The notes under the pieces were generated by a model. That model was not told where the DNA came from and did no database searches. It saw only the letters and a list, made by a program, of their open reading frames with translations. 24,310 nucleotides of DNA. Source: Fibrobacterales bacterium. GTDB taxonomy: Bacteria > Fibrobacterota > Fibrobacteria > Fibrobacterales > JAOPTW01. Shown in pieces: positions 1 through 10,082 of the stretch; position 1 is the stretch's first letter; the number at the start of each line of letters is the position of its first letter. The position numbers and the translations under genes are program-made. The stretch is taken from NCBI GenBank assembly GCA_051532035.1, contig JAOPTW010000062.1, positions 1 to 24,310 of the forward strand, in the 5' to 3' direction.

Positions 1-119
1 ATTACATAATTGAAATACACCCTTCTCCACAATCTTGATGTAACGCCATTCAACTTTGTAGAAACTGTAAGGCTTTCAGGTATTTTAAGACTAATAATCT
101 AACATTAGGAGATAATAAT

Positions 120-2225
120 ATGTTTACCCTACCCCGAACACTCTTTTTGGCATCTATCGCACTGTTTGGATGTAGATCGAGCGGAGACACGATGCAACAT
201 ACCAATGCACTGATTAATGAAACGAGCCCCTATCTTCAAATGCACGCCCATAACCCTGTAAACTGGTACCCTTGGGGTACTGAAGCATTTGAAAAAGCCA
301 AAGAAGAGAATAAGTTGGTTATTATCAGTGTGGGCTATGCAGCTTGTCACTGGTGTCATGTCATGGAACACGAGACTTTTTCTGATGACACCGCTGCTGC
401 AATGATGAATGACCGTTTTGTTTCTATTAAAGTTGACCGCGAAGAGCGTCCCGATGTGGATCAGATATATATGGATGCCGTGCACCTCCTCTCGGGAAGT
501 GGTGGTTGGCCTCTCAATGCTATTGCCCTCCCTGATGGACGCCCCATTTATGCCGGCACCTATTACCCCAAAAAGCAATGGATGGAACTCCTACAAAAAC
601 TTGACTCTATCTATGCGACTGACCCACAAAAAGTGTTGATGCAAGCTGAGAACATCACCAATGGTATTAAGCGGGGTGATCTTGCTCGCTTAGGAGACTA
701 TAGTGATCACACCTTTATGGATGATGATATTAAAAAAATTCATACCCACATAATGAGTGGCATGGACATGACCCATGGCGGAACCGAAGGCGCACCGAAA
801 TTCCCTATGCCTGTCGGTATTGAGTTTTTGCTCCAGCACTCATATTACTATGGAGAAGAGGCTACTCAAAAGGCTACCTCCCTCACTCTTGACAAAATGG
901 CTATGGGAGGGATCTATGATCAACTCGGCGGTGCCTTTTCACGATACTCCGTTGACCGCTATTGGAAGGTCCCCCACTTTGAAAAAATGCTCTACGACAA
1001 TGGCCAGCTCATTGAACTCTACTCAAAAGCATATAAGCAGACAAAAAGTCCTCTATATAAAGAGATTGTCTATCAAACAATTGAATTCCTCAATAGTGAT
1101 ATGAGTAGTGACAAAGACGCCTTCTACGCAGCCTATGATGCGGACAGTGAAGGTGAAGAGGGCAAATTTTACGCATGGAGTGCCAATGATATTGACCGTA
1201 TTTTGGGAACCGATGCCCCGCTCTTTAAAGAGGTCTACACTATTACTCAACGAGGTAACTGGGAGCACGGCAAGAATGTTATCCACCGTGAGGAGCACCT
1301 TGAGCACTTTGCTTCAAAGCATAAGCTATCCCTAGAAGAGCTCCATCAAAAACTTATTGAAAATAGAGCACTGCTTTATAATTTCCGTTCAAAGCGAATT
1401 CCTCCTGCCCTTGATGACAAAATTATTACCTCCTGGAATGCTCTGACTATTTCGGGCCTCATCGCTGCCTATGAAGCCTTTAGTGAACCTTCTTTTTTAC
1501 ACCGAGCCACGACAGCACTCTCCTTTGTCCTCGACTCTCTGACAACTTCTGATGGCGGACTCTATCATAATTACAAAAAAGGGGCGCCTACTATAGGGGG
1601 ATTTTCGGATGATTATGCTTTTGTCATTAAGGCACTTATTGAACTCTACGAAGCAACGTTTGATGAGCAGTGGCTTCAAAAAGCAAACACCCTCATGGGC
1701 TATACCATTAATCATTTTTGGGATAATAAAGCCCACCTATTTCAATATACTCCAAAAGAGAGTAATGAGTTGATTGCGGATAAATATGAATCAGCTGATA
1801 ATGTGACTCCTGCCTCAAACTCAGTCCTTGCAGAGAATCTCTTCAAACTTGGTACACTGTTAGACGACACTGCATATAACGACATGCATAAGCGAATGGT
1901 GAATGTCGTCTATCGCAACCTCCCTAAAGGGGGCTACTACTACTCAAACTGGAGTCGACAGCTCATGTACCACACGGCCCCTCATTATGAGGTGGCTATT
2001 GTTGGCCCCGATGCCGAAAAAGTCAGAAATGAACTCGCTCAATATTACCTTCCAAACACAATACTCCTTGGTGGTGAAAATGAAGGTACCCTCGCGCTTC
2101 TTGAACATAAATTAGTTTCGGACAAAACTACTCTTTACGTCTGTCGTGGTAAAGTTTGTGATCTACCGACAACAAAAGTTGCAGATGTATTGAAACAGGT
2201 TCTTCCTAATCATGAAACTCATTAA
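120..2225 (+). CDS. yyaL: YyaL/SPATA20-family thioredoxin-domain protein (DUF255 + alpha/alpha-barrel), with lipoprotein signal
   Basis: Family motifs [90 protein letters not shown] and C-terminal [11 protein letters not shown]; lipobox LFGC; RBS AGGAG at 107-111. Confidence 0.95.
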   Translation: MFTLPRTLFLASIALFGCRSSGDTMQHTNALINETSPYLQMHAHNPVNWYPWGTEAFEKAKEENKLVIISVGYAACHWCHVMEHETFSDDTAAAMMNDRFVSIKVDREERPDVDQIYMDAVHLLSGSGGWPLNAIALPDGRPIYAGTYYPKKQWMELLQKLDSIYATDPQKVLMQAENITNGIKRGDLARLGDYSDHTFMDDDIKKIHTHIMSGMDMTHGGTEGAPKFPMPVGIEFLLQHSYYYGEEATQKATSLTLDKMAMGGIYDQLGGAFSRYSVDRYWKVPHFEKMLYDNGQLIELYSKAYKQTKSPLYKEIVYQTIEFLNSDMSSDKDAFYAAYDADSEGEEGKFYAWSANDIDRILGTDAPLFKEVYTITQRGNWEHGKNVIHREEHLEHFASKHKLSLEELHQKLIENRALLYNFRSKRIPPALDDKIITSWNALTISGLIAAYEAFSEPSFLHRATTALSFVLDSLTTSDGGLYHNYKKGAPTIGGFSDDYAFVIKALIELYEATFDEQWLQKANTLMGYTINHFWDNKAHLFQYTPKESNELIADKYESADNVTPASNSVLAENLFKLGTLLDDTAYNDMHKRMVNVVYRNLPKGGYYYSNWSRQLMYHTAPHYEVAIVGPDAEKVRNELAQYYLPNTILLGGENEGTLALLEHKLVSDKTTLYVCRGKVCDLPTTKVADVLKQVLPNHETH

Positions 2226-2309
2226 GGGCCCAACAAGATCCACAGGCTCCACATTGTGTAACCAAAGATATTTATGGACGAGAATTTTCCCTCTTAGTAT
2301 TTTTGGTAT

Positions 2310-3008
2310 ATGAAAACACTCCATTATATACAACACGTACCGTTTGAAGACCCTGGATATATTCTTGAATGGGCTGAAGAACACTCCTTTGATATCAGTT
2401 GCACAAAACTCTACGATGGAGAACGACTCCCTGATCGTTTAAAGACCGACCTCTTGGTGATTATGGGTGGCCCTATGGGTATCTATGACTATGAAGAACA
2501 CCCTTGGCTTACAACTGAAAAAGAGTTCTTAGAGCGAGAGATAGACCAGGGAACCAAGATGATTGGAATCTGCCTTGGAGCACAGCTTATTGCCGATGTT
2601 CTGGGTGCAAAAGTCGCTCCAGGTCCTCAAAAAGAGATCGGCTGGTTCCCCATTGAACGTCTAATGGGGGCAAAAACTCACCCGTATTTTGCAAATGTCC
2701 CAGACTCTATGATGGCAATGCATTGGCATGGCGATCGGTTTGATATCCCCAAAAATGCCGTTTCACTCTTTAGCTCAGAAGGATGTGACACCCAAGGTTT
2801 TATCTATAATGATCAGGTAATAGGCTTTCAGTTTCATATTGAAAGCACCGGTAAAAGCCTCGACAATCTTATTGCCCACTGTGGGGAGGAACTCGTTGAT
2901 GGACCTTTTATTCAGACTGAGTCAACGATTCGGGAGAATGCTCTTCACCATATGCAGAAAGCAAATAGTGTCTTGAGCAGTGTGTGTGAGCATCTTACCC
3001 ACTTATAA
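2310..3008 (+). CDS. Class I glutamine amidotransferase-like protein (GMP synthase GATase-like)
   Basis: QHVPFEDPG, MGGPMG, nucleophile elbow GICLGAQL, KEIGW, HWHGD and QFHIE (Cys-His-Glu triad). Confidence 0.92.
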   Translation: MKTLHYIQHVPFEDPGYILEWAEEHSFDISCTKLYDGERLPDRLKTDLLVIMGGPMGIYDYEEHPWLTTEKEFLEREIDQGTKMIGICLGAQLIADVLGAKVAPGPQKEIGWFPIERLMGAKTHPYFANVPDSMMAMHWHGDRFDIPKNAVSLFSSEGCDTQGFIYNDQVIGFQFHIESTGKSLDNLIAHCGEELVDGPFIQTESTIRENALHHMQKANSVLSSVCEHLTHL

Positions 3009-3016
3009 TTACCCAT

Positions 3017-3045
3017 AAAAAAAGCCCTCAATATGAAGTGAGGGC
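3017..3045 (-). terminator. Intrinsic terminator downstream of the minus-strand lipoprotein gene
   Basis: Minus strand reads GCCCTCA-N8-TGAGGGC followed by T7; lies between convergent genes. Confidence 0.8.
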
Positions 3046-3067
3046 CCAATTATGTTCTACACCTATG

Positions 3068-4498
3068 TTACTCTTGCATCTGCTCCATCATTTCACAAGT
3101 AAACATAGCATCTGGAGGAATAGATATTTGCATTGTAAGATTCCCCAATATTGTTTGATCTGCACAATCAGTATACTCACTCGGGCATTGCTCTAAATAT
3201 ATCCCACCATCGTTTCCACAAGTTAATTTTAAAGCATCTTTATATTCGGATGATATCGACTTATACGTTACACACATCATTCCTGGCTGCTCACATGAAG
3301 CTGATTCAGTCCCAGTCATTTCTTGAGGAAAAATAACCTCAGTATCAGTGTTAGTGTTAGTGTTAGTGTTAGTGTCATCTGATTCATCAGAGTCATCACC
3401 ATCATCTGTTTCTATAGTACTTTCATATCCACCATTACAGCCCTGATCTTCTGGAAAATCAGAGCAATATGTTTGATTTAAACCCAGGATACAAAAAATA
3501 TTAACCATTTCAGCTTCCATTTTTGACTGCTCATCTTCACACTGCTCAATTGATAGAACTTGATCTAGACTTCTTGATAGCTCTATCTCACAAGAAGTAC
3601 CCTTATATGATTGCGACATAACAACAGACATATACCCTTGTGAGATATCTATTGATGTTTCTGAATCAAAGCCATTATTGGAGCCTCCTACCGTATTACA
3701 ATCTACTTTTTCCATTTTAACAACATCATCACTTCCTGTAGTAGTCATTGCATCGACGAGGCAGTTATACGCGACAGTCTGGTTGATAGTCATTTTTGAT
3801 TCAGTAATAGTCATAGTTCCAGTGACATTCGACGTTCCAAAATCACTTTCACCATCTTCATCACAGTAATATGAGATAGAAGGGTCAAATTCCATATTTT
3901 TAAAAGTCCAGTCTCCTATAACAGTTGCATTTGAACCTGTATAGGTAATACGTTCACAATCCTCAGTTTCTATAATAAGCTCACCATTATCCATGGTATA
4001 ATTATAAGTAATTTCCTCCTCAATACAATCATCTGAAATCTCCATTGTAATAAGGGTTTGATCAGTGTAGGACTCTATAGCATACTCTTCATGAATAGAA
4101 AATGAATTACTATATGAACCACTATTTTGAGTCGCTTGTGCAATTTCATCTGCAATTTTCTTTTCAGTCTCTTTTACTTCTTTTTCTTGAGCATCTACTT
4201 TTGTTTCAACTTCAGTTACTTCAGATTCTTTGGTATCTAAAGCGGTTTTCGCCTCTTTACATTCAGAAGTCTTACAATCAGCATCGTCCTCTATTGCATC
4301 ATCATATTCTTCCTGTACTTTGTTCAATTCAGATTTAACACTTTCCAATTCAGCCTGAACACTATCAAGCTCGGCTTGCGCCTCTTCAAGTTCAGGATTA
4401 GTTTGGGTCGTCGAAGATGCCGAAGATGAATCATCAGATGTAATACACCCAGTAAAGATTACAAGTGTACTCGCTATTAGTAATAAAGCCTTTTTCAT
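3068..4498 (-). CDS. Hypothetical acidic, Cys-rich lipoprotein with N-terminal coiled coil
   Basis: 476 aa ORF; signal MKKALLLIASTLVIFTGC; heptad-like E/K-rich segment around aa 35-120; many Cys; RBS GAGGG before the ATG. Confidence 0.85.
   Translation of the reverse strand: MKKALLLIASTLVIFTGCITSDDSSSASSTTQTNPELEEAQAELDSVQAELESVKSELNKVQEEYDDAIEDDADCKTSECKEAKTALDTKESEVTEVETKVDAQEKEVKETEKKIADEIAQATQNSGSYSNSFSIHEEYAIESYTDQTLITMEISDDCIEEEITYNYTMDNGELIIETEDCERITYTGSNATVIGDWTFKNMEFDPSISYYCDEDGESDFGTSNVTGTMTITESKMTINQTVAYNCLVDAMTTTGSDDVVKMEKVDCNTVGGSNNGFDSETSIDISQGYMSVVMSQSYKGTSCEIELSRSLDQVLSIEQCEDEQSKMEAEMVNIFCILGLNQTYCSDFPEDQGCNGGYESTIETDDGDDSDESDDTNTNTNTNTDTEVIFPQEMTGTESASCEQPGMMCVTYKSISSEYKDALKLTCGNDGGIYLEQCPSEYTDCADQTILGNLTMQISIPPDAMFTCEMMEQMQE
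3347..3375. repeat. Hexanucleotide tandem repeat (AGTGTT)x4 + AGTGT encoding a TNTNTNTNT linker
   Basis: Directly visible; in frame within the lipoprotein gene. Confidence 0.9.
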
Positions 4499-4616
4499 AG
4501 AGCCCTCAATTGTTAATAATGAACAAATAATAGAAAAAGGGAGTGTAATACAGACCTAAAAACACGTTTAATACCTTCCAAGTTACTACATATGAGTAAG
4601 CTCGTTGAGGTATTAT

Positions 4617-5657
4617 ATGCATTATACAGATCTTTGTTCCCTATCACAAGTTATTCGGTCCTGCTCTGATACCCTGAGCGTACAATCACCCATTGGCTAC
4701 AGTAGAGACAATAATCCTATAGACGGCTTCATTTTTGGAACAGGCGCCCTATCAATTAGTCTCATAGCAGGCTCCCATGCTGATGAACCCGTAGGCCCTA
4801 AGCTTCTTCATAAACTCGTTAATTACCTCAATCAACTCCCCCCTGAACACCCCCTTCTTACTGATTACTCTTGGTCGATTATCCCCCATGCAAATCCAGA
4901 TGGACAATTGATTAATGATCAATGGTGGAGTAACAGTACGGATACAGCAGAACTCATTTCCTACTTATCATTAAGCCAGCGTGAACTTCCCGGTGAAGAT
5001 ATTGAGTTTGGGTATCCCAGAGATGCACGAGATCCTGGTGCTCGTATCGAGAACCGAGAGATTTATGATTGGTGGATCAGCCAAGAGAAGTCTTTTGACC
5101 TCCATGCCTCACTTCATGGAATGGCTTTCGCCGCAGGTCCCTGGTACCTTATAGAGAGTGAATGGCAACATCGCATTTCTTTTTTAAAAGAGCAGTGCCT
5201 TACAGAGGTAGAAGCTAAGGCATACAGCGTTCATGATATTGAACGACTTGGTGAAAAGGGCTTTTTTCGTCTCGGAAAAGGATTTTGTACTCGACCCGAC
5301 TCTGAAAATATGCGCGCTTTTTTCATGGATAAAGGAGATGTTGCAACAGCAGATCGTTTTCACCCTAGCTCAATGGAAGTGATGCGTTCAATCAGTAAGG
5401 ACTGCCTTACTGTTGTTTCAGAGATGCCCCTTTTTATCACTCCAGGCATCGGTGACACCCTCGGTCCACCCGACCCTATTGGGGCAAAATGGAAAGAGCA
5501 CATTCTTAAGTGGCGCACTGGCTTAATGAGTAATGAGTCGATTTTAGACGATTCATATCAACAAGGGCTCAGCGCAATGTCCATTGATGATCAAATGCAT
5601 TTCCAATGGCACCTCATTGCAACCTGTATAGAACAAATCAGGCTTAATAACCAATAA
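4617..5657 (+). CDS. M14-family zinc carboxypeptidase/deacylase-like protein
   Basis: GSHADEPVG (HxxE zinc ligands), PHANPDG, SLHGM (third ligand), VSEMP (candidate catalytic Glu); start moved from TTG 4605 to ATG 4617 because GAGG lies at 4607-4610. Confidence 0.8.
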   Translation: MHYTDLCSLSQVIRSCSDTLSVQSPIGYSRDNNPIDGFIFGTGALSISLIAGSHADEPVGPKLLHKLVNYLNQLPPEHPLLTDYSWSIIPHANPDGQLINDQWWSNSTDTAELISYLSLSQRELPGEDIEFGYPRDARDPGARIENREIYDWWISQEKSFDLHASLHGMAFAAGPWYLIESEWQHRISFLKEQCLTEVEAKAYSVHDIERLGEKGFFRLGKGFCTRPDSENMRAFFMDKGDVATADRFHPSSMEVMRSISKDCLTVVSEMPLFITPGIGDTLGPPDPIGAKWKEHILKWRTGLMSNESILDDSYQQGLSAMSIDDQMHFQWHLIATCIEQIRLNNQ

Positions 5658-5779
5658 AACACAGACTCGACCTTACCATTGCAACTTTACACTAAATTGA
5701 AGAGTTACGACATGGAGGTACCATTCCATTTGAAATTTGATATTTTCAAGGAAGAGGCAACCCTTTACTCGGAGTGTAT

Positions 5780-6769
5780 ATGATTGATACTACCACTATA
5801 GAAAACGCAACATTTGCAGGCGGGTGCTTTTGGTGTATGGAGTCAGCCTTTGCAACACTTGCTGGTATTCAGTCTGTTATTTCGGGCTATTCAGGGGGAC
5901 CCGAAGAAAATCCCACTTACGAGCAGGTGTGTAGTGGTCTCACCGGCCATGCAGAAGTAATACACATTACCTTTGATTCCTCTATTATCGAGTACTCAAC
6001 ACTTATCGAACTCTTCTGGAAGCAGATTGACCCTACGGATGCAGGAGGATCATTCTTTGACCGTGGTCCCCAGTATCGATCCGAAATTTTCTACCACAAT
6101 GACCAACAGAAAGAGAGTGCGGTTCTCACTAAAAATGAAATCAATGATTCAGGAAGATTCGAGAGTCCTGTCGTAACAGCTATTACCCCTTTTACCAAGT
6201 TCTGGCCTGCCGAAGAGTATCATCAAGAGTACTATAAAAACAACCCCAACCGCTACAAACAGTATCGTATGGGATCTGGGCGCGATGCATTTATAGAAAA
6301 CAACTGGAATCGACCATTAGATACCGACACATCTGTTCCTCCTCACAATGATACCCTCAAAGAGACACTCTCTGCATTACAATACCATGTTACCAAAGAG
6401 AATGGTACCGAAGCACCTTTTAAAAATGAGTTTTGGGATACTAAAAGTGAAGGAATCTATGTGGACATTATCTCTGGTGAACCGCTCTTTAGCTCACTGG
6501 ACAAATTTGATTCAGGAACAGGTTGGCCTAGTTTTTTTTCACCGATCGAACCGTCAAATATCACTGAAGTACACGATCATTCCCACGGCATGGAGCGGGT
6601 TGAAGTACGCAGCGTTGAGGGCGATGCACATTTAGGCCACCTCTTTCCCGATGGCCCTGCACCAACGGGCCTTCGCTACTGTATCAATTCAGCATCACTG
6701 CGATTTGTCCCCAAGGAGAACCTCGGTAATTCAGCCTATGCACAGTATCTTTCACTTTTTATGACTTAA
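5780..6769 (+). CDS. msrAB: Bifunctional peptide methionine sulfoxide reductase MsrA-MsrB, cytoplasmic
   Basis: [30 protein letters not shown] (MsrA); [30 protein letters not shown] (MsrB); GGAG 5771-5774 supports ATG 5780; no signal peptide. Confidence 0.96.
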   Translation: MIDTTTIENATFAGGCFWCMESAFATLAGIQSVISGYSGGPEENPTYEQVCSGLTGHAEVIHITFDSSIIEYSTLIELFWKQIDPTDAGGSFFDRGPQYRSEIFYHNDQQKESAVLTKNEINDSGRFESPVVTAITPFTKFWPAEEYHQEYYKNNPNRYKQYRMGSGRDAFIENNWNRPLDTDTSVPPHNDTLKETLSALQYHVTKENGTEAPFKNEFWDTKSEGIYVDIISGEPLFSSLDKFDSGTGWPSFFSPIEPSNITEVHDHSHGMERVEVRSVEGDAHLGHLFPDGPAPTGLRYCINSASLRFVPKENLGNSAYAQYLSLFMT

Positions 6770-7073
6770 GATGTTTCGCAACGAGCAGTAGTAGGCTCGA
6801 AGTTCCCCCATTAAACCAACTTCTCTCTTGTCCTGCTTGAACGGTAAGTATATCACCTTCCTTTGCTTCTATATCAGTGCCATCGATTATGGCAACACCA
6901 TCACCCTGTGACACAAAAAATGTTACATCAAATGGGAGAGCGTGCTTTATCATGTCACCCTTTGGTTTAATCGTTAACGTAACAAACTCTGTATCTTGGG
7001 TGACAAGCTTCTTAATGCCCAAACAACCATTTTGATCAAATACCACTTCACCTTCTGACATTGGAATATGCAT
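6759..7073 (-). CDS. Small cupin-domain protein (~104 aa)
   Basis: Cupin pattern [23 protein letters not shown]...[19 protein letters not shown] 7073 with AGGG upstream preferred over TTG 7106, which lies inside the predicted -10 box; 3' end overlaps msrAB by 11 bp. Confidence 0.8.
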   Translation of the reverse strand: MHIPMSEGEVVFDQNGCLGIKKLVTQDTEFVTLTIKPKGDMIKHALPFDVTFFVSQGDGVAIIDGTDIEAKEGDILTVQAGQERSWFNGGTSSLLLLVAKHLKS

Positions 7074-7092
7074 AGCACCCTGTAGATAATAA

Positions 7093-7146
7093 ATATTGAC
7101 CCTCAATATAGCCGATCTGAATCCACAATCCCTTGATTTGAGTCAA
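7093..7146 (-). promoter_or_regulatory. FNR/Dnr-type box, -10 element and overlapping palindromic operator upstream of the cupin gene
   Basis: TTGATTTGAGTCAA at 7133-7146 (9/10 match to TTGAT-N4-ATCAA); minus-strand TATATT at 7110-7105; perfect ATATTGA-CCC-TCAATAT at 7093-7109. Confidence 0.6.
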
Positions 7147-7310
7147 ATTAACGGAAAAACATATCAAACAACCTTGCTTACCAAGCTGTAAGCGAAACAC
7201 AATCAAACCTCAGAGCGTAATTAAAATTCAAATCAATCTCTCTGTAAGCACTTTTTTATGGTGTACTCTTCAATAAGTTATTAGAATAGTAACAGAATAA
7301 GGGATACACA

Positions 7311-7667
7311 ATGAAACGTACCACACTAATCTTTGCAATAGTCGCACTTGTTGCCACAACAGCGAGTTCAAAACATCTCCAAACCAGTTATTTGAAAGAA
7401 CAATCTACCACACTACGTAATAATGCCATTCCTTACAATACCACTTTTGTGTCGGGCTATGAATTGAACAAGGCACTGAAACAAAAGCTATTTCCAAAGA
7501 GCACTCTCTTTATATTGCTCACCCAAAAAAATAAAACCACCATTATTACTATTTACTCCGCACACACTTGTAGTACTCGAGCAACCAAAAGATGTATCGG
7601 CACCTATCTCTATGGTACCGATACTGATGGAACTAAATGGACCATCAATACCCAAGGGCCTTTTTAA
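7311..7667 (+). CDS. Small hypothetical secreted basic protein
   Basis: Signal-peptide-like MKRTTLIFAIVALVATTASS; RBS AAGGGA; two Cys near the C-terminus; no family recognised. Confidence 0.6.
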   Translation: MKRTTLIFAIVALVATTASSKHLQTSYLKEQSTTLRNNAIPYNTTFVSGYELNKALKQKLFPKSTLFILLTQKNKTTIITIYSAHTCSTRATKRCIGTYLYGTDTDGTKWTINTQGPF

Positions 7668-7701
7668 GACCCACCCTTTTTACTCTTCTCTCCCCTTATC
7701 A

Positions 7702-8016
7702 TCATCCTGAAATATACTTTTTGAAAAGATACTGTATTGCTGATAACGGGTAGAATAAAATCATTCGAGGGCCTGAGTACCGCATGATGATAATTATTTT
7801 TTGACGCATTTCTTCTGAATAACAGTGCACAGTACACACATTACAGACAGGCTTTTTCTGTTTTATTGGACAATACTTTACCCGTTTTTCGGAGTACTCA
7901 GCAACAGTACGACATTCAGAGCAAAGTGTTCCATCATACGAGTGATTCTTTTTACAATAGAGTAGAATCATCTGATTCACAATTTTAATTTCATTAAAAG
8001 TAAAGGGATAACTCAT
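7702..8016 (-). CDS. ygbA: YgbA-family ('nitrous oxide-stimulated promoter') Cys-rich protein
   Basis: MILLYCKKNH, LCSEC, CP..KKPVCNVCTVHCY, IMRYSGPRM..YP match the YgbA signature; starts 2 nt after the ccsA stop. Confidence 0.88.
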   Translation of the reverse strand: MSYPFTFNEIKIVNQMILLYCKKNHSYDGTLCSECRTVAEYSEKRVKYCPIKQKKPVCNVCTVHCYSEEMRQKIIIIMRYSGPRMILFYPLSAIQYLFKKYISG

Positions 8017-8018
8017 AA

Positions 8019-8813
8019 CTACTCTGTATAGGTATGTACGCTACTCTGAGCAGCAGGGAGATAGTTCACTCCAAACCAACATACCAACAATACCACGAAG
8101 GCCAGAGCGAGTATCCGCAAGGAGACAACGGGGGTAATCGTTGGTATAAACCGAACATGAATATAAATGAGGTAACAGGTCCAGGTAATAAACGCCCAGG
8201 TCTCTTTGGGGTCCCAAGCCCAATAGTGCCCCCAAGCTTCTTTGGCCCATAATGCTCCAAAGAGAAGACCGAGTGTAAGAAATGCAAATCCAATATAGAC
8301 AATATTATCAGCATCACGAAGGGTAGTATCAACAGGTTTGTTTGAATGGTGAAGCAGTAACCCTTTAACTGCAAAGAGCGAAGCCGCACCAAGCATTGCA
8401 TAGCTAAAAATATACACAACGACGTGTGGCACAAACCATGCACTATGGAGTGCTGGCATTAAGGTTTTATTGAGCACTTCGGGGCGAAGAATATTAATGG
8501 CTAAAAAAAGTGCTGCAACCGAGTAACTGTAAATGAGGAGCCAGCGATACCGCCACCGTAGGTAGAGCATCAGTCCTATCACACTTATAAATGTAGCATA
8601 GAGAAGGCGTGTTTCTCCAAGAGTCCGTAATGGTGGTCGTTCAAGGGCTACCCATAAATCTTTGATAAACAGGAACAAAGCCAAAGAGCCAAGTGTCACC
8701 ATACCAACACCTACCCAGTGCCTCTTGCCTTGGGGCCAACGCATAACGACACTGGTTCCAACAGCCCAACAGAGTACCACGATTGTTACATAGAGAGGGA
8801 AATCAATCCACAT
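8019..8813 (-). CDS. ccsA: System II cytochrome c biogenesis heme lyase subunit CcsA
   Basis: WWD domain GALWAKEAWGHYWAWDPKETW, PALHSAWFVPHV, C-terminal SVHTY; multiple TM helices; overlaps the ccsB end by 11 bp. Confidence 0.95.
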   Translation of the reverse strand: MWIDFPLYVTIVVLCWAVGTSVVMRWPQGKRHWVGVGMVTLGSLALFLFIKDLWVALERPPLRTLGETRLLYATFISVIGLMLYLRWRYRWLLIYSYSVAALFLAINILRPEVLNKTLMPALHSAWFVPHVVVYIFSYAMLGAASLFAVKGLLLHHSNKPVDTTLRDADNIVYIGFAFLTLGLLFGALWAKEAWGHYWAWDPKETWAFITWTCYLIYIHVRFIPTITPVVSLRILALAFVVLLVCWFGVNYLPAAQSSVHTYTE

Positions 8814-10065
8814 ATTTTTCTCTCCTCACTTTTCCATACCAAAACAGATAGAGTGCACCAAGAAGCATCATCGCAACACCTGTATAGACAACGGGTAGCC
8901 ATGGGTCTTTGACCAGCTCAATAACACTGAGCTGAGACCAGCGCCCCATACGGGTATCAAAGCTCACTTGATAGATGAGCCACCCTTCTCTTTTAATGGG
9001 CTTATTTACTTCAAGGGAGAGCCCTTTAGATTGAGCTTCTTTTTCTATAATAGTAATAGTAGAACGAAATCGTTTTGCTTCAGGGAGTGCCATCACAAAG
9101 GTAACGGAATCATTAACGGCAATACCTTTACGAGCAACCGAAAGGCTCCCACAACTTACCCACTGCTCTATAGTGCGCCCAGTCCGGGAATTTGTAAGTC
9201 TTAACAGTGCGGCAGGTGCGGCCCCCGGCTGAAATACTGGTTGGTATTCACCATTATCCATACTATATGCAAGTTCAAAATACTTCTCTACCTTAAACTC
9301 CCACTCGCCAATCACCCCTTTTTTCCCTTCTGTAATTTCAAACATACTCGTTTGAGGAGCAATGATTGTTCCTGCAAGGTCTATTGTGGCAAGCTTTGGA
9401 TTAAATTCGTCCACAGCAAAATCTGTAAGCTCAATCAAAAAAGGAAAGGTGATACTGTCCCCTGAATCAGTAACCCCTCTATCTGAAACCCCGCCACCAA
9501 CGGTCAGTTCCATGCGTGCCTTTTGAATATCTCCGGCACCAAATGCAAGTGACAACGTAACAACAAGGAGTCCGAGGTGACTCATGACGACACCCCAATT
9601 TCGTTTAGCGGGGTGGAGTATATTACGGAGGGTTGCAAAAGTGAGTGAAATAACAAAAAAGAGTACAATAAAAAAGAAGTACCACGCTGAGAGTACTGAT
9701 CGTACCCCTAACCTGTGACTCAGTGAGTCATGATTGGCATAATCAATCCATTGAGGAAAAGTACCCATAAGCATCACAATGAGGCAGACGCCAAGAATTG
9801 AAACAATGGCTGCTTTGGCGCCCGACAACCACTGAACGATGGGGTGTTTTTTATAGAGACTATAGATGAGGGCTGCACCAGAGATGAGCCCGACAAAGAG
9901 AACGCCATTCCAAGGCCACTGGAGTGTACCACCACCAAGTGAAGGGACAATCAATTCAAGAATACCACCAGAGAGCATAAGCCCGAGTAATACCAGGAAG
10001 CCTTCACTGAACCCCCAAGGGAACTGCCAAATAGATGATAATCGAGAAGGGGAATGATGAGACAT
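8803..10065 (-). CDS. ccsB: System II cytochrome c biogenesis protein CcsB/ResB-like
   Basis: N-terminal TM helices with the conserved His in MSHLGL, large periplasmic loop, LEVNKP..WLIYQ.SFD and VKDPWLPVVYTG; adjacent to ccsA. Confidence 0.88.
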   Translation of the reverse strand: MSHHSPSRLSSIWQFPWGFSEGFLVLLGLMLSGGILELIVPSLGGGTLQWPWNGVLFVGLISGAALIYSLYKKHPIVQWLSGAKAAIVSILGVCLIVMLMGTFPQWIDYANHDSLSHRLGVRSVLSAWYFFFIVLFFVISLTFATLRNILHPAKRNWGVVMSHLGLLVVTLSLAFGAGDIQKARMELTVGGGVSDRGVTDSGDSITFPFLIELTDFAVDEFNPKLATIDLAGTIIAPQTSMFEITEGKKGVIGEWEFKVEKYFELAYSMDNGEYQPVFQPGAAPAALLRLTNSRTGRTIEQWVSCGSLSVARKGIAVNDSVTFVMALPEAKRFRSTITIIEKEAQSKGLSLEVNKPIKREGWLIYQVSFDTRMGRWSQLSVIELVKDPWLPVVYTGVAMMLLGALYLFWYGKVRREKYVD

Positions 10066-10082
10066 CTTATTTCCTTATACAG

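Noticed and set aside
2163..2384. 73 aa minus-strand ORF spanning the yyaL-GATase junction
   Set aside because: Antisense to two supported genes
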